Notes under the pieces: generated by a model | The model's input: only the letters and a program-made list of their open reading frames with translations | Told to the model about the DNA's origin: nothing | Database searches by the model: none | Source: the human T2T-CHM13v2.0 reference genome, Homo sapiens | DNA: 64,000 nucleotides | Reading direction: 5' to 3' (one strand) | Assembly: GCF_009914755.1 (NCBI RefSeq) | Contig: NC_060933.1 | Part shown: one piece after another, positions 1 to 17,225 of the stretch | Layout: every line of letters starts with the position of its first letter | How positions within the stretch are numbered: the first letter of the stretch is position 1 | Made by a program: the position numbers and the translations under genes

Positions 1-480
1 AATTGGGTGAAATTTTTGCAATTGATAAATTGCTAGATAACATAATCTAGCTCATATGATAACTTTAGATGTTAAATCAGTAATAAACCTTATGAAGATC
101 TATGTTTCTAGGAAATAATTACTTCAACAAGAAGGGAAAGTAAAGACAGAAGGTAAAACAAAATATAAGACGAAATAAAATAAAGATGGGAATTGAATGC
201 CATAGAAGTGTGGAAGTTGGAGGGAAAGTTTCTAAAATTATTTGGATAAAAAGGAAGCCATATATTTTACTGAATCTTCTAGATGGGTTTTAATTCTGTA
301 TCCTTTCATACTCACGTACTATGCCATTTTTTTCAACTTTTCATTCCACTTGCACTTCCTAACTTATGATGAATTTACCTATATAGAGTCGTTTTATCAT
401 TTAGACTAAAATTGTATTTATTTGAAGGTAAGAACGGTCATATACTTCTTAGTTGTTTTCAGAATTGAAAACATGGTTGA

Positions 481-788
<308 letters not shown>

Positions 789-964
789 GAAAACATGGTT
801 GAAAGTCAATATCCATGTGATAAATTGAGTTAGAAAGCCAATGAGAGCTTAGCTAATATAAAGGTGATGGAATTCACTATCAAAACTTCTCAGAGACTTA
901 GAAAAAATATGGAAAATTAGTGAAAATGTAAGAGAATGAGGCTCGAAATCAAGATAATTAAACT

Positions 965-1080
965 GCAAACTTTAAGAAGGCAGGAAAGATATCCTTTACT
1001 TAGTTTGTCTTGTCCAACTAATGGTTAGTTGAATGCCATGCACATAACACATCCCTCTGAGTACTTATTGAATAAATGTA
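965..1080 (+). mobile_element. L2 3' end remnant
   Basis: AAGGCAGGAAAG...TGCCATGCACATA...TACTTATTGAATAAATG resembles the L2 terminus. Confidence 0.45.
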
Positions 1081-3334
1081 GAATGTCATTCTGGAATAAA
1101 TTGAGGCAAGAAACTAGAGGGATAGCAGTGTGAAAAGTGAGATTAATTTATTTGGTATAGAGTCAGTAAATTTAAGTGGGCCATTTGAAACAACAAGCTT
1201 AAAAGAAAACCAAATAAGCATTTTCAATGCATAGAAATGCAACCATTTTTCTCCTTCTGTACTTTATCCATTCAAACATTGCTTGAAAAAAAATATAACT
1301 TTCAGTCTTGCTTTTTTATCTCCACCAAACTCAGATAATTTTGGTCGTTGATGACCTTTCTAAGCTAATTCCTATTTTAGAATGCTATGGACGAATGAAT
1401 CTCAAAACTTCTTTTAACCAATTTATTTTATTCCATTTCCTAAGGAATAGAAACTTTTTACCTCCAACCCAGGGGAGCTATGAAACAAACTCCCCATTTA
1501 TTTCCAATCCAAACACATTTGATAAAACAGGCAGAGGAATTTTTTATCAGATCTGTATTTTAAATTTTCATGACTGTTGTTCAAGAGTTTCCATTCTTGT
1601 TCATAAATATGTAGAGGCTTAAAATTCTTTTCTGAAAAATAAACTGCTACTTTAAATGATTTTAACTCATTTTTATAATACTTTTTTTATTCTCTGATGA
1701 TCTCTTGCTGTTTTTCTTTCTCTAGAAATGTTCTAAGAATAAATTAGCTGATATAGTAAGAAAGGTTCACAAAATGAGTCCTTCACCTATACAGCACCTC
1801 TTCTAAATAACAGAGAGATTACAAATCCAATGTATTTAAACTCTGAGTTGTCTATATGTGTAGTGTTATAAAATGTAGCTGTCAGTTTTAACAGCTTTTC
1901 CCCCTGAGATTTCAGTGGCTAGCTAATGATCTTTTTTAAGAATTAGGACATTTTCTAGATAGCGAAATGGCAGGAAAACATATCAAATACATATTTTTCC
2001 ATTATAGTATTCTGAGGACTGTAAAGTCTTACTCAATGTATATCACTTTTAATTTTTAGGATACATAGAAATATTTGCTAGTAGAAATAAATGGCAAGTG
2101 TTTACTTGAAGATGGTTTAGAAAGATGCTTTTCTCTTTTAATTTGAATTGCTACTGTAAATGTCATCACATGTATTTCAGTATTGTCTATGCCAACTTTG
2201 TACCTGAAAAACAGTATTATGAATTGGGCATTATATTCCATCTTCATAAATTAAAAAAGAAACATAATAACTAGCGAAGTGGAATGAGGAAGGTGTGGGG
2301 AGACACAGAAATTTTCAAAAGTAGTAACAAATTCAAGCATGTATTAGCTTAATATATCATAACTTAAATGATTTAAATTAGGTATATGTTTATACCAATA
2401 AGTTTTAAATTCTTAATTCTTACCTCATCAAGTACCAACAAAGAATGCCCTTCCATATTAATACACTTTGGGAATTAAGATAAAGTATATGTAATTAAAT
2501 CATCAAACTCCTTTTGTTGTTTAGCAGGTAGTTTGATATAATAAGAGAAATTGTGTTCTCATTATATATTTGTCACAATGAATGAATGTAAAACCTTAAT
2601 CAGGCTATCTGACTTCTTTTAGTGACATTACCCTTTTTGCAACCAACACATCAAATTAGTAATATTTATCCTACAAAAATAATGTGAAGATAAATGAGAT
2701 AAGATATATAATAGTCACAAATACTTATTGAATAAAGCTGTTTTTATTTATATATTTCTATGTACTTACTAGATATGTTCTTATTAAATATTTTATTATG
2801 GCATATGTCAAGTCTTTTACTTCTTTTTTTATACTTAGTGTATTATAGAACTCACCATCCAATAAAATTGTAATACAATTTTCTTGATTTACTAATCCTA
2901 GGTGAAAAAAAAAAAATATATATATATATATGTTGTTTTCTGTTTGAATTATGCTTAGTTGATGGCATTTTCAATAATCTCTCTGATTCTTCCTTTTCCT
3001 GTTTAAACTACTCTCATTCTCATTGTGGCCTAGAGTTCTTTTTCCCTAATATTGCCTTCAGAAGGCTAAGTTTCTAATATAATAACAATTTGAGTCTTTA
3101 CCACTTCTCTCTAGAATCGTGATTTAGACTAGGTTATTAGAGTAAACAATATGATTCCAAATTTTTTCCTTTTTTTAATGGGCTAGCATCCAAAAAGCAT
3201 AAGAATTCTGGGGGGAAATGACATAATTAAGCTAGATTATTTTAATTTAAATTCAGAATTAAAAATGATTTTCAATAGCTTCTTTGTCTTAATTTAATAA
3301 GCTTTTGTTGAACATTGATTATATTTTGAATTCT

Positions 3335-3825
3335 ATTTTTTCTTTTGTTTTTAGTTGGCACATAATTATACGTATTTATGGGATACAGAGTGATATTTTG
3401 ATACATGTATACAATATGAAATATTCTAATCAGAGTAATTAGCATACTATCACCTTGTACATTTGTCATTTCCTTGTGATGTGAATATTCAGAATTCTAT
3501 CTGGTAGGTTTTTAAAAAAATTCACTAAATTATTGTTAACTTAATTCACCCTACAGTGCTACAGAACGCTAGAGCTATTCCTCCCTTCTAGCTACAACTT
3601 TGTTACAAAGTTAACTTTGCTTACCAACCTCTTTCCATCCTCTTCTTATTCCCATCCTTTCCAGCCTCTGATAACTACAATTCTACTTGTTACTTTTATA
3701 AGCCCATTTTTAGCTCCCACATATAAGTGAGAACATGTGGTTTTTCTCTCTCTGTGCCTGTCTTATTTCACTTAACATAATGTCCTCCAGGCTCATCTAC
3801 GTTGTAACTAATAACATGATTTCAA
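3335..3825 (-). mobile_element. L1MA-type LINE 3' end
   Basis: T-rich tail then GTATTTATGGGATACAGAGTGATATTTTGATACATGTATAC and CTCCCACATATAAGTGAGAACATG, typical of antisense L1MA 3'UTR. Confidence 0.8.
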
Positions 3826-3899
3826 TTCATTACAAAACTTAAAAGGATACTCAACAGTGCCAAACATTCTATTTTAGTTTCCCAATGCATTCACTCCCA

Positions 3900-5280
3900 C
3901 AGCATTCATAACAATAACCTTCTACAAAGTTACCACATGTCTTATGCTAAATTGATGAGATCTCCCAATATTAAGTAAATTCTGTCCCTTAGCTCTCCCT
4001 CTCATTTTAGTATTATCATTCTCATTAATGAATAATTCCCTTTTTGTTAAAAGTTTACATTGACCTACCGTTGTCCTTCAGTTATCAACTTACTTTGTAT
4101 TCTTTCTTTGAAAGAAATCAATCAAACAATAGACAGTCTCCTTCAATATTTCCTGTACTGTCTTCAACCCACTTAGCTGAGTACTTTCTTTTTTCTCTAC
4201 TTACTCACTTTTTCCCCTGAGTGTTCTCAAGCATTTTCATGAGTTTAAAGGCCAGTTACATGATAGCATCTCAGAATATTTCCAATTTTGGTATCTTCTC
4301 TGAGTTAGAGCTTTGCATAGTCATCTACTTACTTAATATCAAATGTGGATTGTTTTATAGACAACTGAAATTCATAATGTTTTAAGTAGAGTTTTGTTAT
4401 TTTCTCTGCTTCCCAGTTTGTGTGTGTATGCTTGTTTGTTTACTTCAGCTGGTGTTCCCATTGATTTTATCTTATCTAATACACCAAAACCCTATCAGTA
4501 GCTCTTTTCTTCAAACTTGCACATATATTAAATATGTATTTCATTATTTTGAACAAGGTCTCCACCTTCTTGTCCTTTCACTTTAATAGTTTTCTAATTC
4601 ATTTCCTTGTGTTTATTCTTGTCCCTGTAAAAATTATTCTTGGTTTAAGAGGCAGAGATATATATGTATTATAAACACAGGGAAACAAATTAGATATAAA
4701 CCAATTACTATAAACCAATGTAATAATAATAATATATATTACATTTTTTTCTATTTTTTTATTTCTTCTTTTTCTTTTTTATTTTTTGTAATGTAAGCAA
4801 GATTCTTTCCCTCCTCTGCCTTAAATCCTTTAGTTACTTGTGGAGTACAATTACAAATCTCCAGGATGCTAAAGCTCTGCTCTGCTGTCTACAACCACAG
4901 GCACCATTCAAGACCCTCACTCCTAATGAGACAGGGCTCTTTCCACTCTTGAAACACAGTTTTTCCCCAAGTCAGGGTTTTGCACAAGGTAACATCCTGT
5001 CTTTGAAGCTTCATAGTTTGGCTTTTTAATCAAATGGTTCCTTTTCCATATTTAAGTCATCACTTTACATTTCATTTTCTTGGAGAGGTCTTCGCATGAC
5101 TCCAAGCTATCACCAGTTATGTGCTATCGTAGAACATGGTTTATCCAGAAATAGTGATAACTTTCATCACTATTGATCATTCTTTGGTTTTCTTTACATT
5201 TATTTTATATCTTAAACACTGTAATATAAAAGACCTCAGGGATGGACCATGAATTTCATATTTAGCACAATACTTCAGAA
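3900..5280 (+). mobile_element. Degraded L2 LINE
   Basis: Pyrimidine-rich L2-like blocks (CAGGGTTTTGCACA, TTCTTGGAGAGGTCTTC, TGTAA...CTCAGGGATGGACC); highly diverged. Confidence 0.5.
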
Positions 5281-5590
5281 GATCCATCCTATCCTTTTTC
5301 TTTTTTATTCATTTTATTTTAAAATTTTCATTTTGAACTACTTTAAAGCTTACAAAAATATATTTAAAAAAATCAAGAATTCCTATATATTCTTCACCCA
5401 GCTTCTTGACTGCTAACACCATATCTAAGAGTACAGTTACTCACATTAGGAAATTGATACAGAATTAGTTACTTACCTACAGACCTTATTTACATATTTT
5501 GTTCATGGTTCCACTAATGTTTTTTAACTAGGATCAAAATCAGGGTCACATATTGCATTTATCTGCTACATTTCTTTAGTTTTCTTTATT

Positions 5591-5880
5591 CGGGTGCGGA
5601 GGCTCATGCCTGTAATCCCAGCACTTTGGGAGGCCGAGGCGGGCGGATCATGAGAACAGGAGATGGAGACCATCCTAGCTAAAACGGTGAAACCCCGTCT
5701 CTACTAAAAATACAAAAAATTAGCTGGCGTGGTGGCGGGCACCTGTAGTCCCAGCTACTTGGGAGGCTGAGGCAGGAAAATGGCGTGAACCCAGGCGGCG
5801 GAGCTTTCAGTGAGCAGAGATCACGCCTCTGCACTCCAGCCTTGGCAACAGTGCAAGACTCCATCTCAAAAAAAAAAAAG
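5591..5880 (+). mobile_element. AluY
   Basis: GAGACCATCCT(A)GCTAA, AATGGCGTGAACCC, GGAGCTT diagnostics; first ~3 nt missing, no clear TSD. Confidence 0.93.
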
Positions 5881-6752
5881 TTAAAAAAGAAAATTCAGCT
5901 TTTCTTTTTGTCTTTCATGCCCTTGATACTTGTTTTTTGTAGATTATTTTGAAGTTTGATTTTTTTCTAATATTTCTTCATGGTTAAATTCACATAATAT
6001 ATTTTGGCAAGAATGCCACAATGCCGAGGTTGTCCTTCTCAGTGCATCATATCAGGAGGCACATGATATTATCGTGTCCTAATATTGTTGACGTTAACTC
6101 TGATCACTTGAATAAGACATTGTCTGCCACATTTCTCCACTTCAAAGTTACCATTTTTAAAATCAGTATTTTGTTGAGAGATACTTGGAGATTATGTAAA
6201 TATCTTGTTTCTCATAATTGTATCCACTAATTTTAGCAGACTTGTCTGCAACAATTATGTGGTATTTGCCAAGAAATGAGAATCTATTTCCACTATTCTT
6301 TCTATATTTATTGATTAGAATTCTACTGTATGGAAAAGCTTTCCTTTGTCCCACTTTTCTTATTTATCCAATTATTTATTTATATTAGTGTGGATTCATG
6401 TGTATTTGGTTTAATTAATCTGAATAATCTATTGCCATCATTATTTATTCCCTTGTTCAATTTATCTCAGTTTGGGTCACTGAGAGCCACTTCTAGTTAG
6501 CTCCTATGTTCTTTGGCATGTCTCAATCATTAGTTGAGACTTCCTTATTTTCTTAACAACAACAGATGTCTCAGACCCATTTTGTTCTTTCTGCCGCATG
6601 CACCTAGAATCAGGCATTGATCCAAGGAGCTCTGTATCCTTTTAAAGAAGAAAAAAGTGAATCCAAGATTTGAATGCTAGATGTGCTGATTGCTATTAAA
6701 ATGTTATTGCTTCTAGTCTTAGTGGTTAAAATTAAGAAATATACACACATTC

Positions 6753-7070
<318 letters not shown>

Positions 7071-7291
7071 TCACACACAAACGTGCGTCTAGGTCTATTT
7101 ATATATCTACACATTCTTTTCAATTTCTATCTAATGTAGAAAAAAAGTAAACTTAAGTATATATTGATAGTTTTGATTCTGATTGAACACCATAAGTGTT
7201 ATTCTAGTCTCCACTCCCCCTCATTTCTAAATTCTTTTTCTAAAACGGAATCAGTTTTGTTTTAGTTAATATACTTAATATAATTATTTGC

Positions 7292-7436
7292 TTTTTATTT
7301 TTTTTTTTAATTTCAACTTTTAGATTTGAGGATATATGTGAGTGTTTGTTACAGAGTATACTGCATGATGCTGAGGTTTGGGTATGACTGAACCCATCAT
7401 CCAGGTAGTGAGCATAGAACCCAAGAGGTATTTTCT
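7292..7436 (-). mobile_element. L1PA15/16-like extreme 3' fragment
   Basis: Poly-T then GCATGATGCTGAGGTTTGGG...CCAGGTAGTGAGCATAG. Confidence 0.75.
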
Positions 7437-9326
7437 ATGGCACTTTACACATTCTAGAAAACTGGTTGTTAATTAGCACAAGCACCTATAATAGTGCCTG
7501 ATATATTTAGTACTCAAAATATATGTTAAATTAAAAACAAATGTATAAATTAATGGTTGAATATCATAATAATTACTCAAAATGTAACATAATTCCAAAG
7601 GAGAAAACTTTTTTCTAAAAAGGCTCTCTCAATTGCTCTTTCTGATTTACTATTTTCCCCAATCTGTAGTTGCTTCATTATTGTTTGGAATTTTGCATTA
7701 GTTGTCAATAAACAAAAAATATGGATCATATCACAGCTCTTTCATTGCTTTCATTTCTTGAGATATATGAATGTATGTGATATATTTGATGTCCTGTATT
7801 TTATCTTTATTGCTTTTTGATACTTAAGAACATCTAGAAAAGAAGATAAATATTAATCATGTCAGAAATTATCAAAGGTTGATTACAATAAAAATTTCTC
7901 TAATGTGATAACCACTCAAAAACTTCCTTCTTCATCAAAACACAGTATTTTTAAAAAAATGGAGTGCTGCATTTTTATTTCACAGAAAATAATCAAATGG
8001 TAGCCAGAATATTTTGAACTAGAGTCACATAGGATATTCTAATAATACTGCTTGTGAAAGAAGTATTGAGGAGGTCTTAGGACCAAAGAATATTTGTTTA
8101 ATAGTGTCAGAATTCATTTTAACACCATAAAAAGGATATGTATTTGTTCAATTTTCACTCACTGCACAAAGAATTAGATAAAAGAAGATTTTCAGTAATA
8201 GCATTCATTTTGAGTCTTACCAATCCTTTCAGTTTTGGTATAACAAAAATGCTATTAGCTTTTACTCTGTTGTGTTGAATTTTGATGATTTCTGACAGTC
8301 TTCACTGAGATGCTCAAAGAGATGAGACTTGCCAGTCGAAAAACTTAAGATCTCATTAAATTTACCAGCAACATAAAAGCTATTTCTGCCTCTTAACTTT
8401 TTGATGTGTTGCCTTTTTCTAATCCTCTTCTCAGGACCTATTTAAAAGACAATAAAAATTTTGTTTTTGTGTGTTGAAAGATTTCTCCATTATCAAGAGA
8501 GTAGTCCTTAACTTTAGAATGACTGCATATATAGATATGAAAAATAAGGAAACAATTATTAGGAAAACTAATCAAATATTTTACTAACATTTAGTAATTT
8601 TAACAAAATTATTGTGCATTGTATTTTGTAGCATTTATGCAGAGGATATACTAACCTGTTTAAATTTTTAGACAAAAATAGTAGAAAATAGAACATCATC
8701 ATTTTCAGGAGCAAGGAAGTAACCTGTGAAAAAGTGAATGCCTTTCTTCAAATAATATGCTAATGAAAGGCTGAGATATTAATGTCTAAATATTATAAAA
8801 CTTTCATTTTAATATAATGTTTTACTTTATATTTATATTATATTGTATAACAAAGAAATGTGAGTCTTGTTACACCTGAGAACTTGAACTGGCAATCTAC
8901 ATATTGTTGTTGAAACAATTTTAAGTTAAACATACAATGAGAGGGAAAAATGATTCTGTTGCCTCAATTTTAAAAGGAATATTTTGAAGAACTAATTTTC
9001 CATATAATAGCTTGTTATGATCTTGCCTTTTAGCCTCCCTGGATAAAGAAATGCATACTTATAATAATTGAAGGAAGACAATTTTCCTTGTTTTCTGCAA
9101 ATTAGAAATATATTAGGCTATTAAATACATAATTCAAAATATACAGAATAAAGGTATTATAGAACCTAAGAATTATATAAAGAATTATATACATAAAGTA
9201 ATGAATACATATACAAATAGTATAAAAATACTAAAAATAGTATTTGCTTATTGATTAATTACTATGGGTATTATATAACTCTTAGTTTCTACATTGCTTT
9301 TCTATTCTTAGTTATTATAATAGGTA

Positions 9327-9466
9327 TATTATAATTACTAATATGCATAAACTACTTATAGTTTATATGAATGTGTTATATGTACATGTATATTATAATA
9401 ACTAATACCTATAAACTATTTACAATTATATGTATTATAATAACTAATAAATATAAACTACTTATT
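9327..9466. repeat. Diverged AT-rich minisatellite, 3 copies of a ~34-bp motif
   Basis: TATTATAAT(T/A)ACTAATA...ATAAACTA(C/T)TTA starts at 9327, 9391 and 9433. Confidence 0.7.
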
Positions 9467-10052
9467 GTCAAAACTGTTTTTAACTATTAAAAGATAAAGC
9501 ACACAGATATGTTTTCTTTACTAGGTATTCCCAGAAGCACTCATAAAACTCGGGGTTTTCACATAGCAGTGATTACAGACTTGCTATTTTTATTATTCCC
9601 ATTTTATAGATTAAGAGCACAAGACCCATATTAGTGTTATTTAGCCATGTCATAGAGCCAATTCCCAGATATTTTTTCCACTTGTTTTGTCATGAAGAAT
9701 GAGAAGTAGAATCAGCATCAAGTTTGTGCTAAACAAGTACAATAATAAGAAGCACAGCAAATGCTGACTAGACTGTAAGAATATTTTTGCTTTTAGGCCA
9801 CCCGAAAAAGATAAGATATATGAGGTGATCAAAGTGAATAATTATATAAACAAGAGGAATTAGAATATGAATAAGCCAGGAAAAATAGGAATAGGCCAAG
9901 AAAACACACACACCCATTTCTTATTTAAACCTAAAGGGAGACAAATTCATTCAATCTATACATATTTATTTTGCTACCTCAATAGAGATAAATATCTTCT
10001 CTAAGAAAAATCCCACTTTACTTAATATGTATCACATTTACCTAATAAATAA

Positions 10053-10385
<333 letters not shown>

Positions 10386-10581
10386 TCATTTATTTTCATA
10401 TAAAATATAGGGTCAAGTATGTTGAGATATTAGTTACGTTGTATTTTGCTCAGTATTGCCTGAGAGTTGGATTATTTTATCATTGTAGAGAATAGCTTCT
10501 AGATTATGAGAATATTAAATAAAATAAACTGGAGAGACTCTCAGCAGCAAACTATGGTATGTAAGTTCATATGTAAATATG

Positions 10582-10658
10582 TATCTATCTATCTATTTAT
10601 CTATCTAATCTATCCTATCTATCTATCTATCATCTATCTATCCATCTATCTATCTATC
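10582..10658. repeat. (TATC)n tetranucleotide microsatellite, interrupted
   Basis: Directly visible. Confidence 0.9.
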
Positions 10659-10849
10659 TCCTTTTCTTTCATTTATGTCTGGATCTGTACCAAACACCAG
10701 GCAGAGGAGTTAGGAGAAGTAACTGAAAAACCCATGGGTGACATCACCAACTAAAACAGGTGACAAATAATCAGCATGAAACCCAGAATACAAGAGTAAT
10801 TGTCCTAATCATTGGCAGCATAGGGCCAGTACCAGCTGGAGTTAATGGC

Positions 10850-12440
10850 AAAGATAAAATGAAGATAAAAGGAAGTATTGTAAGATCTTAATATCAATAA
10901 ACTACAACAAGAAATCATCAATAATGCTCACTCGCAAAAGAAAAATACTTACCCTGAAGAAAAACAATTGGAACAAAATCAAAATTAATCAGAGAATCAG
11001 ATAATCTGAGACAAGTAAGATAAATTTTAGAAAATAATTTTTAGAAAAAAATAATTTGAAGGTACATAAAATCAAATAGAAGTGGTACAAACTATAGTAA
11101 GAGATATAGAGTATAAAAATAAGAGTAAAAAACAGAAATTGAGAGATTAAAAATATCTAAAAATTTTCTAAACATAAAACTTAGGCAAAGAATAGTAATA
11201 CCCATGTAATGGTTATTTCTAAGAACAAAAATTAAAATAAAAAATAATATTAATTATTTGAGCATGAAGGTAAAAGGATAAGAAGTTTATATTGATAATA
11301 GACTTCTTGATAGCAACATTTTATACAGGATGATAATCAAGAAATGGTTTAATGATTATGAAACAGATAACACAGTAGCGAGATGAGATTTTATTCATGC
11401 AAACTATGAATCATGTCTAAGGAATGTAGAACTTCATGAATATTTATGATTTTAAAAAACATTGTTCCTGTGATGGCTTTTTTAGAAATGTCCTACCTAC
11501 TGACAAGAAGACAAACATCATGTGAAGCTTCTGGATAAGGACTAAATATGTTTAATTTTATAATTAAGAGCAAGTAATGGGGATTAAAGTGACAAAACAT
11601 GATGCTATTAAGTGTGTTAAACATGAAGAAATAATGCAACTCAACAACAAACAGAAAAAAGGAGAAGAAAAAGAAAGTAGACGAATCTTAATGACTATCT
11701 CGGGAGTATCTAACTGCCATTAAAAAATATGGAATTAAAGTAAATAAATGTTAAGCAAAAAGAGAGAAGAAAGGAAAGAGAGTTTACTAGAGAACAGTAT
11801 TACTACTCATTGAAGAAAACAATAGATAGTATTCAAACACACTAGAGGACTAGTATATTTTATTATAATATTATTATAAGATAATAATAAGAATAAACAT
11901 AGAAACATTTATAAATACCAGATGAGTATATCCCGCGCCTCAAATTAAAGTGTAAATACAGGGCAAGATTTTATATAAATTATTTATATAGCAAAAACTT
12001 ATATAACAGAACTTAACACCAGCATAACAGGTATATCAAAGACACAAATGGGCTTAACTCACCATTAAATGGCGTACTTTTAGATTGGCTAATGGAGCAG
12101 AATCCAATCTATTCTGTGTGCAAGAAACATATTGAACAAGGCAATTCAGAATGGTTTAATGTAAAAGGAAGAGCAAAGATAGATCTTGTATGATAGCAAG
12201 ATCCTGAAATAGTTGTCAGAATTTTGCTATTGAGACAAGATAGAATTTAAGACAAAATAAATTTAACAGGATAAGGAAGGGAAATTTATTCTACAGAAGG
12301 ATTCATGCTTCATTCTACATTAAAAATAAAATATATATTAATAACATACACAAAATTACAATTTTCATAAAGCAGAAATAACAGAAGTTGAAAGAAGAAA
12401 TAGACATTAAAACTGGAGATTTTAACATAGCTTATTAATT
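10850..12440 (+). mobile_element. Ancient L1M ORF1/ORF2-endonuclease remnant
   Basis: A-rich strand; AATGGGCTTAACTCACCATTAAA (NGLNSP) near 12047, CAAGAAACA (QET) near 12121, GGAGATTTTAAC (GDFN) near 12415 match L1 EN motifs. Confidence 0.7.
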
Positions 12441-12505
12441 GGTAAGTCCTTGAAGAATGCAAATAAGCCTCACTTTTAGTAATTAAAAAAAATTAACACA
12501 AATAC

Positions 12506-12910
12506 TGACAAAGACTCTCTCCTTCACCAAACTTTAGTCAGATTTTTGAGCTCTCCTCTCAACTAGATCTTCACCTAGGCCCCTTGCCTAGTCTCCATAG
12601 CTCACTTTTAACAAGAATCCTTAAGTCCATATAGAGAGAATCTTGATATCTGATCACCCTGAGCTGCCTTCAGCAAGAATCCTGTTAATTTGGTTTAGCA
12701 AGAGTTCCCCTACTTTTGACGTCTCCTCTTAATAATTTTCCATCCACTGACCCCTTCACACTGCTCTTTTGCTATAAATTTCCATGTGTGCTTGTATTTG
12801 GAATTGAGCTCATTTCTCTACTAAAGTCTCTTTTCCTGTGTTGTAATAATTTCTGAATAAAATCTTTCTTTACTGCTTTAATTACCCTCTGGCTCTGGTT
12901 CTCTTTGACA
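12506..12910 (+). mobile_element. MER31-type solo LTR (ERV1)
   Basis: TGACAAAGACTCTCTCCTT..CCAAACTTTAGTCAG start, CAGCAAGAATCCTGTT, TATAAA, AATAAA, ends TTTGACA. Confidence 0.8.
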
Positions 12911-12987
12911 TTACTCTTTGAAGAATCACTTTAGGGGAAAAGAATAAATGCAAGAAGACAAAGTCAGAGACTATTATCCAAATATAG

Positions 12988-15131
<2,144 letters not shown>

Positions 15132-15171
15132 GAATGGAGATAATGATGACGGTGATGTTTTGGATAGTGAT

Positions 15172-15542
15172 TGCAATGGACTGCATGGCTGTTGCCACCC
15201 TGTCTCTGAAACTTATAGGTGGAAATCCTAACCCTTAATATGATGGTATTAGGAGGTGGGACTTTCAGGAGGTGGTTACATCATGAGGTTGGAGCCCTTC
15301 TAAATGGAACTAGTTCCCCTATATAATAGACCCAAGAGAGTTCTCTCACTCTCTGACATGTGAGGATACAGGAAGAAAATGGTAGTCTGCAACTTAGAAG
15401 AGAGATATCACTGAAACCTGGTCACTCTGGTACCATGGTCTCAGACTTCTAGCCTTTAGAACTGTGAAAAAATTGATTTTTGTTATTTCTAAGCCACCTA
15501 GTCTATAGGTCTTTGTGATAGCAGTCAGAATTGACTAAAACA
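15172..15542 (+). mobile_element. MLT1A-type MaLR solo LTR
   Basis: TG...CA ends, GATGGTATTAGGAGGTGGG and CAGACTTCTAGCCTTTAGAACTGTGA; 5-bp TSD-like GTGAT/GTAAT. Confidence 0.85.
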
Positions 15543-16000
15543 GTAATAGTAGCAATGGCAATGGAAAGAGTGAATGCATTTGATATATACTTTGAAGAAA
15601 GAAATAACAGGACTATCAGTCATGTGGACGTTTGGCATGAGAGAAATGCAAGATGGTAATTAAACAAATTTCTGTCTAAGTCTGAAGGTTGAAGAATAGT
15701 CACAGGTAAAAGTAAAGCTATGGGAGTTACCGACACTTATGAGCCTTTTAAAGGAATTATTTATTTTTATTGTTAAATCACCAAGGAAGGGTTGAAACAG
15801 ACAATAGAAATTAACGCCAAATGAGCTGAAAAAAAAATGTGTTGCAATTGAGTTGGGAATAAAAAGCTGAGGTGGCAAGAAGAAAAGCAAGGTTGGCATA
15901 TTTTTAAAGAACTCTATAATGAATAATGTTTTGAAGAGGAAGAAATTTTCAACAATTTGAAATGCTGCTGAGACTTTGGGAAATGTGAATGGTGCCCATG
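15543..16000 (-). mobile_element. Degraded L2 (likely host of the L1PA3 and MLT1A; continues at 12915-13002)
   Basis: Purine-rich antisense-L2-like text (GATATATACTTTGAAG...AACAGGACT; AAATGCTGCTGAGA). Confidence 0.45.
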
Positions 16001-16899
16001 TAGAAGTTATTGACAGTCATTGAAACAACACTCCCTTTAGCATTATGTATAAGAAACTAGATTAGAATGAAACAAATGGATTCTTAATTCCAGAATTGTG
16101 GAGAAATAGAAAATCTAAAAACGTATTGGAAACACAAGAAATGCAACATGAACTATAATAACCATCCATTTCAATAAAATTAGAGGATTTCAGGTTCAGG
16201 CCATGATAAAGTAGCACAAACTCACACCCTGAAGTTGGCTATAAAAGCTGGGCAAAATATGTTAGACAACTGTTGGAAGACACTGGAGAAAAATCAATGT
16301 ATACAGAGCTTGAGTGGGATTATTATTAAAAAGAAATAATTATAGACTATAAATTACATTCACTCAGACATTTTTCCTCTAATAACATTTCCCAAATACT
16401 GATGTGAAGAAAGAAAGCATACACAGAAAGTGAAATTTTACTGTGTTGAGGTGACAGAGATTAGAGTTCAGAGTATCTAGTGTGTATGGGGCTCACGAGA
16501 CAAATTTCCAAGAAGGAAGTAACCACAGAGAGAGAGCCTGAATATCTGCATACAAATGCCCCTTAAGTGTGGCCAGTATCAAAGATATGTATGCACAAGG
16601 TGAGACGTCAAGAAGCCTAGCAGAAATCAATAAATGGGAGGTTGGAGTGCTGAGTTTAGATTTCAGCTAGTGGTTTAGAGAAGAAAGAGGTTGTGGTTCA
16701 AACACTGGTAATTATAGAGGATGAGATGGGAGTGAGAAACTATATGGCTAAATGTGGTCATTCTTCAGGTTTTAGCTTTTATGCAGGGTGCTATATGCTG
16801 GTTACTTCCAACCCTGTAAAAGTTATTATTTAATTACCTACATATAAAAGGTGACCATGAATAGGCATAAGATGAAAGTATGTCATTAATCAAAATGAT

Positions 16900-17225
16900 G
16901 ATTAATTCAATTCTCTATAATTGAGATTCAATTAAAAAGATTATTCATCACATTCACAGAGTAAATGAGAAAAATCACATAATTTCAGTAGATGCAGATA
17001 CATAAGATCTGTATCCTAACAGATATTGATACAAAGAAGTATTTGATAAAATTCATCATTAATTTACTGTATATATATATGCTCTTATTAAACTAGGATT
17101 TAAAAGGCACTTCATTAAGTTGATAAAGTGTATCTTTTGAAATCCTATAAACAATATCTTATGACATAATAATGTGGGAATGTTAGAAGACTTGCTTTTA
17201 AACCTGGGAACAAGAAGAGATTCTC
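16900..17225 (+). mobile_element. Ancient L1M ORF2 RT-region remnant
   Basis: AAAATCACATAATTTCAGTAGATGCAGA...ATTTGATAAAATTCA (ISxDA..FDKI) and GGAACAAGA (GTR). Confidence 0.65.
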
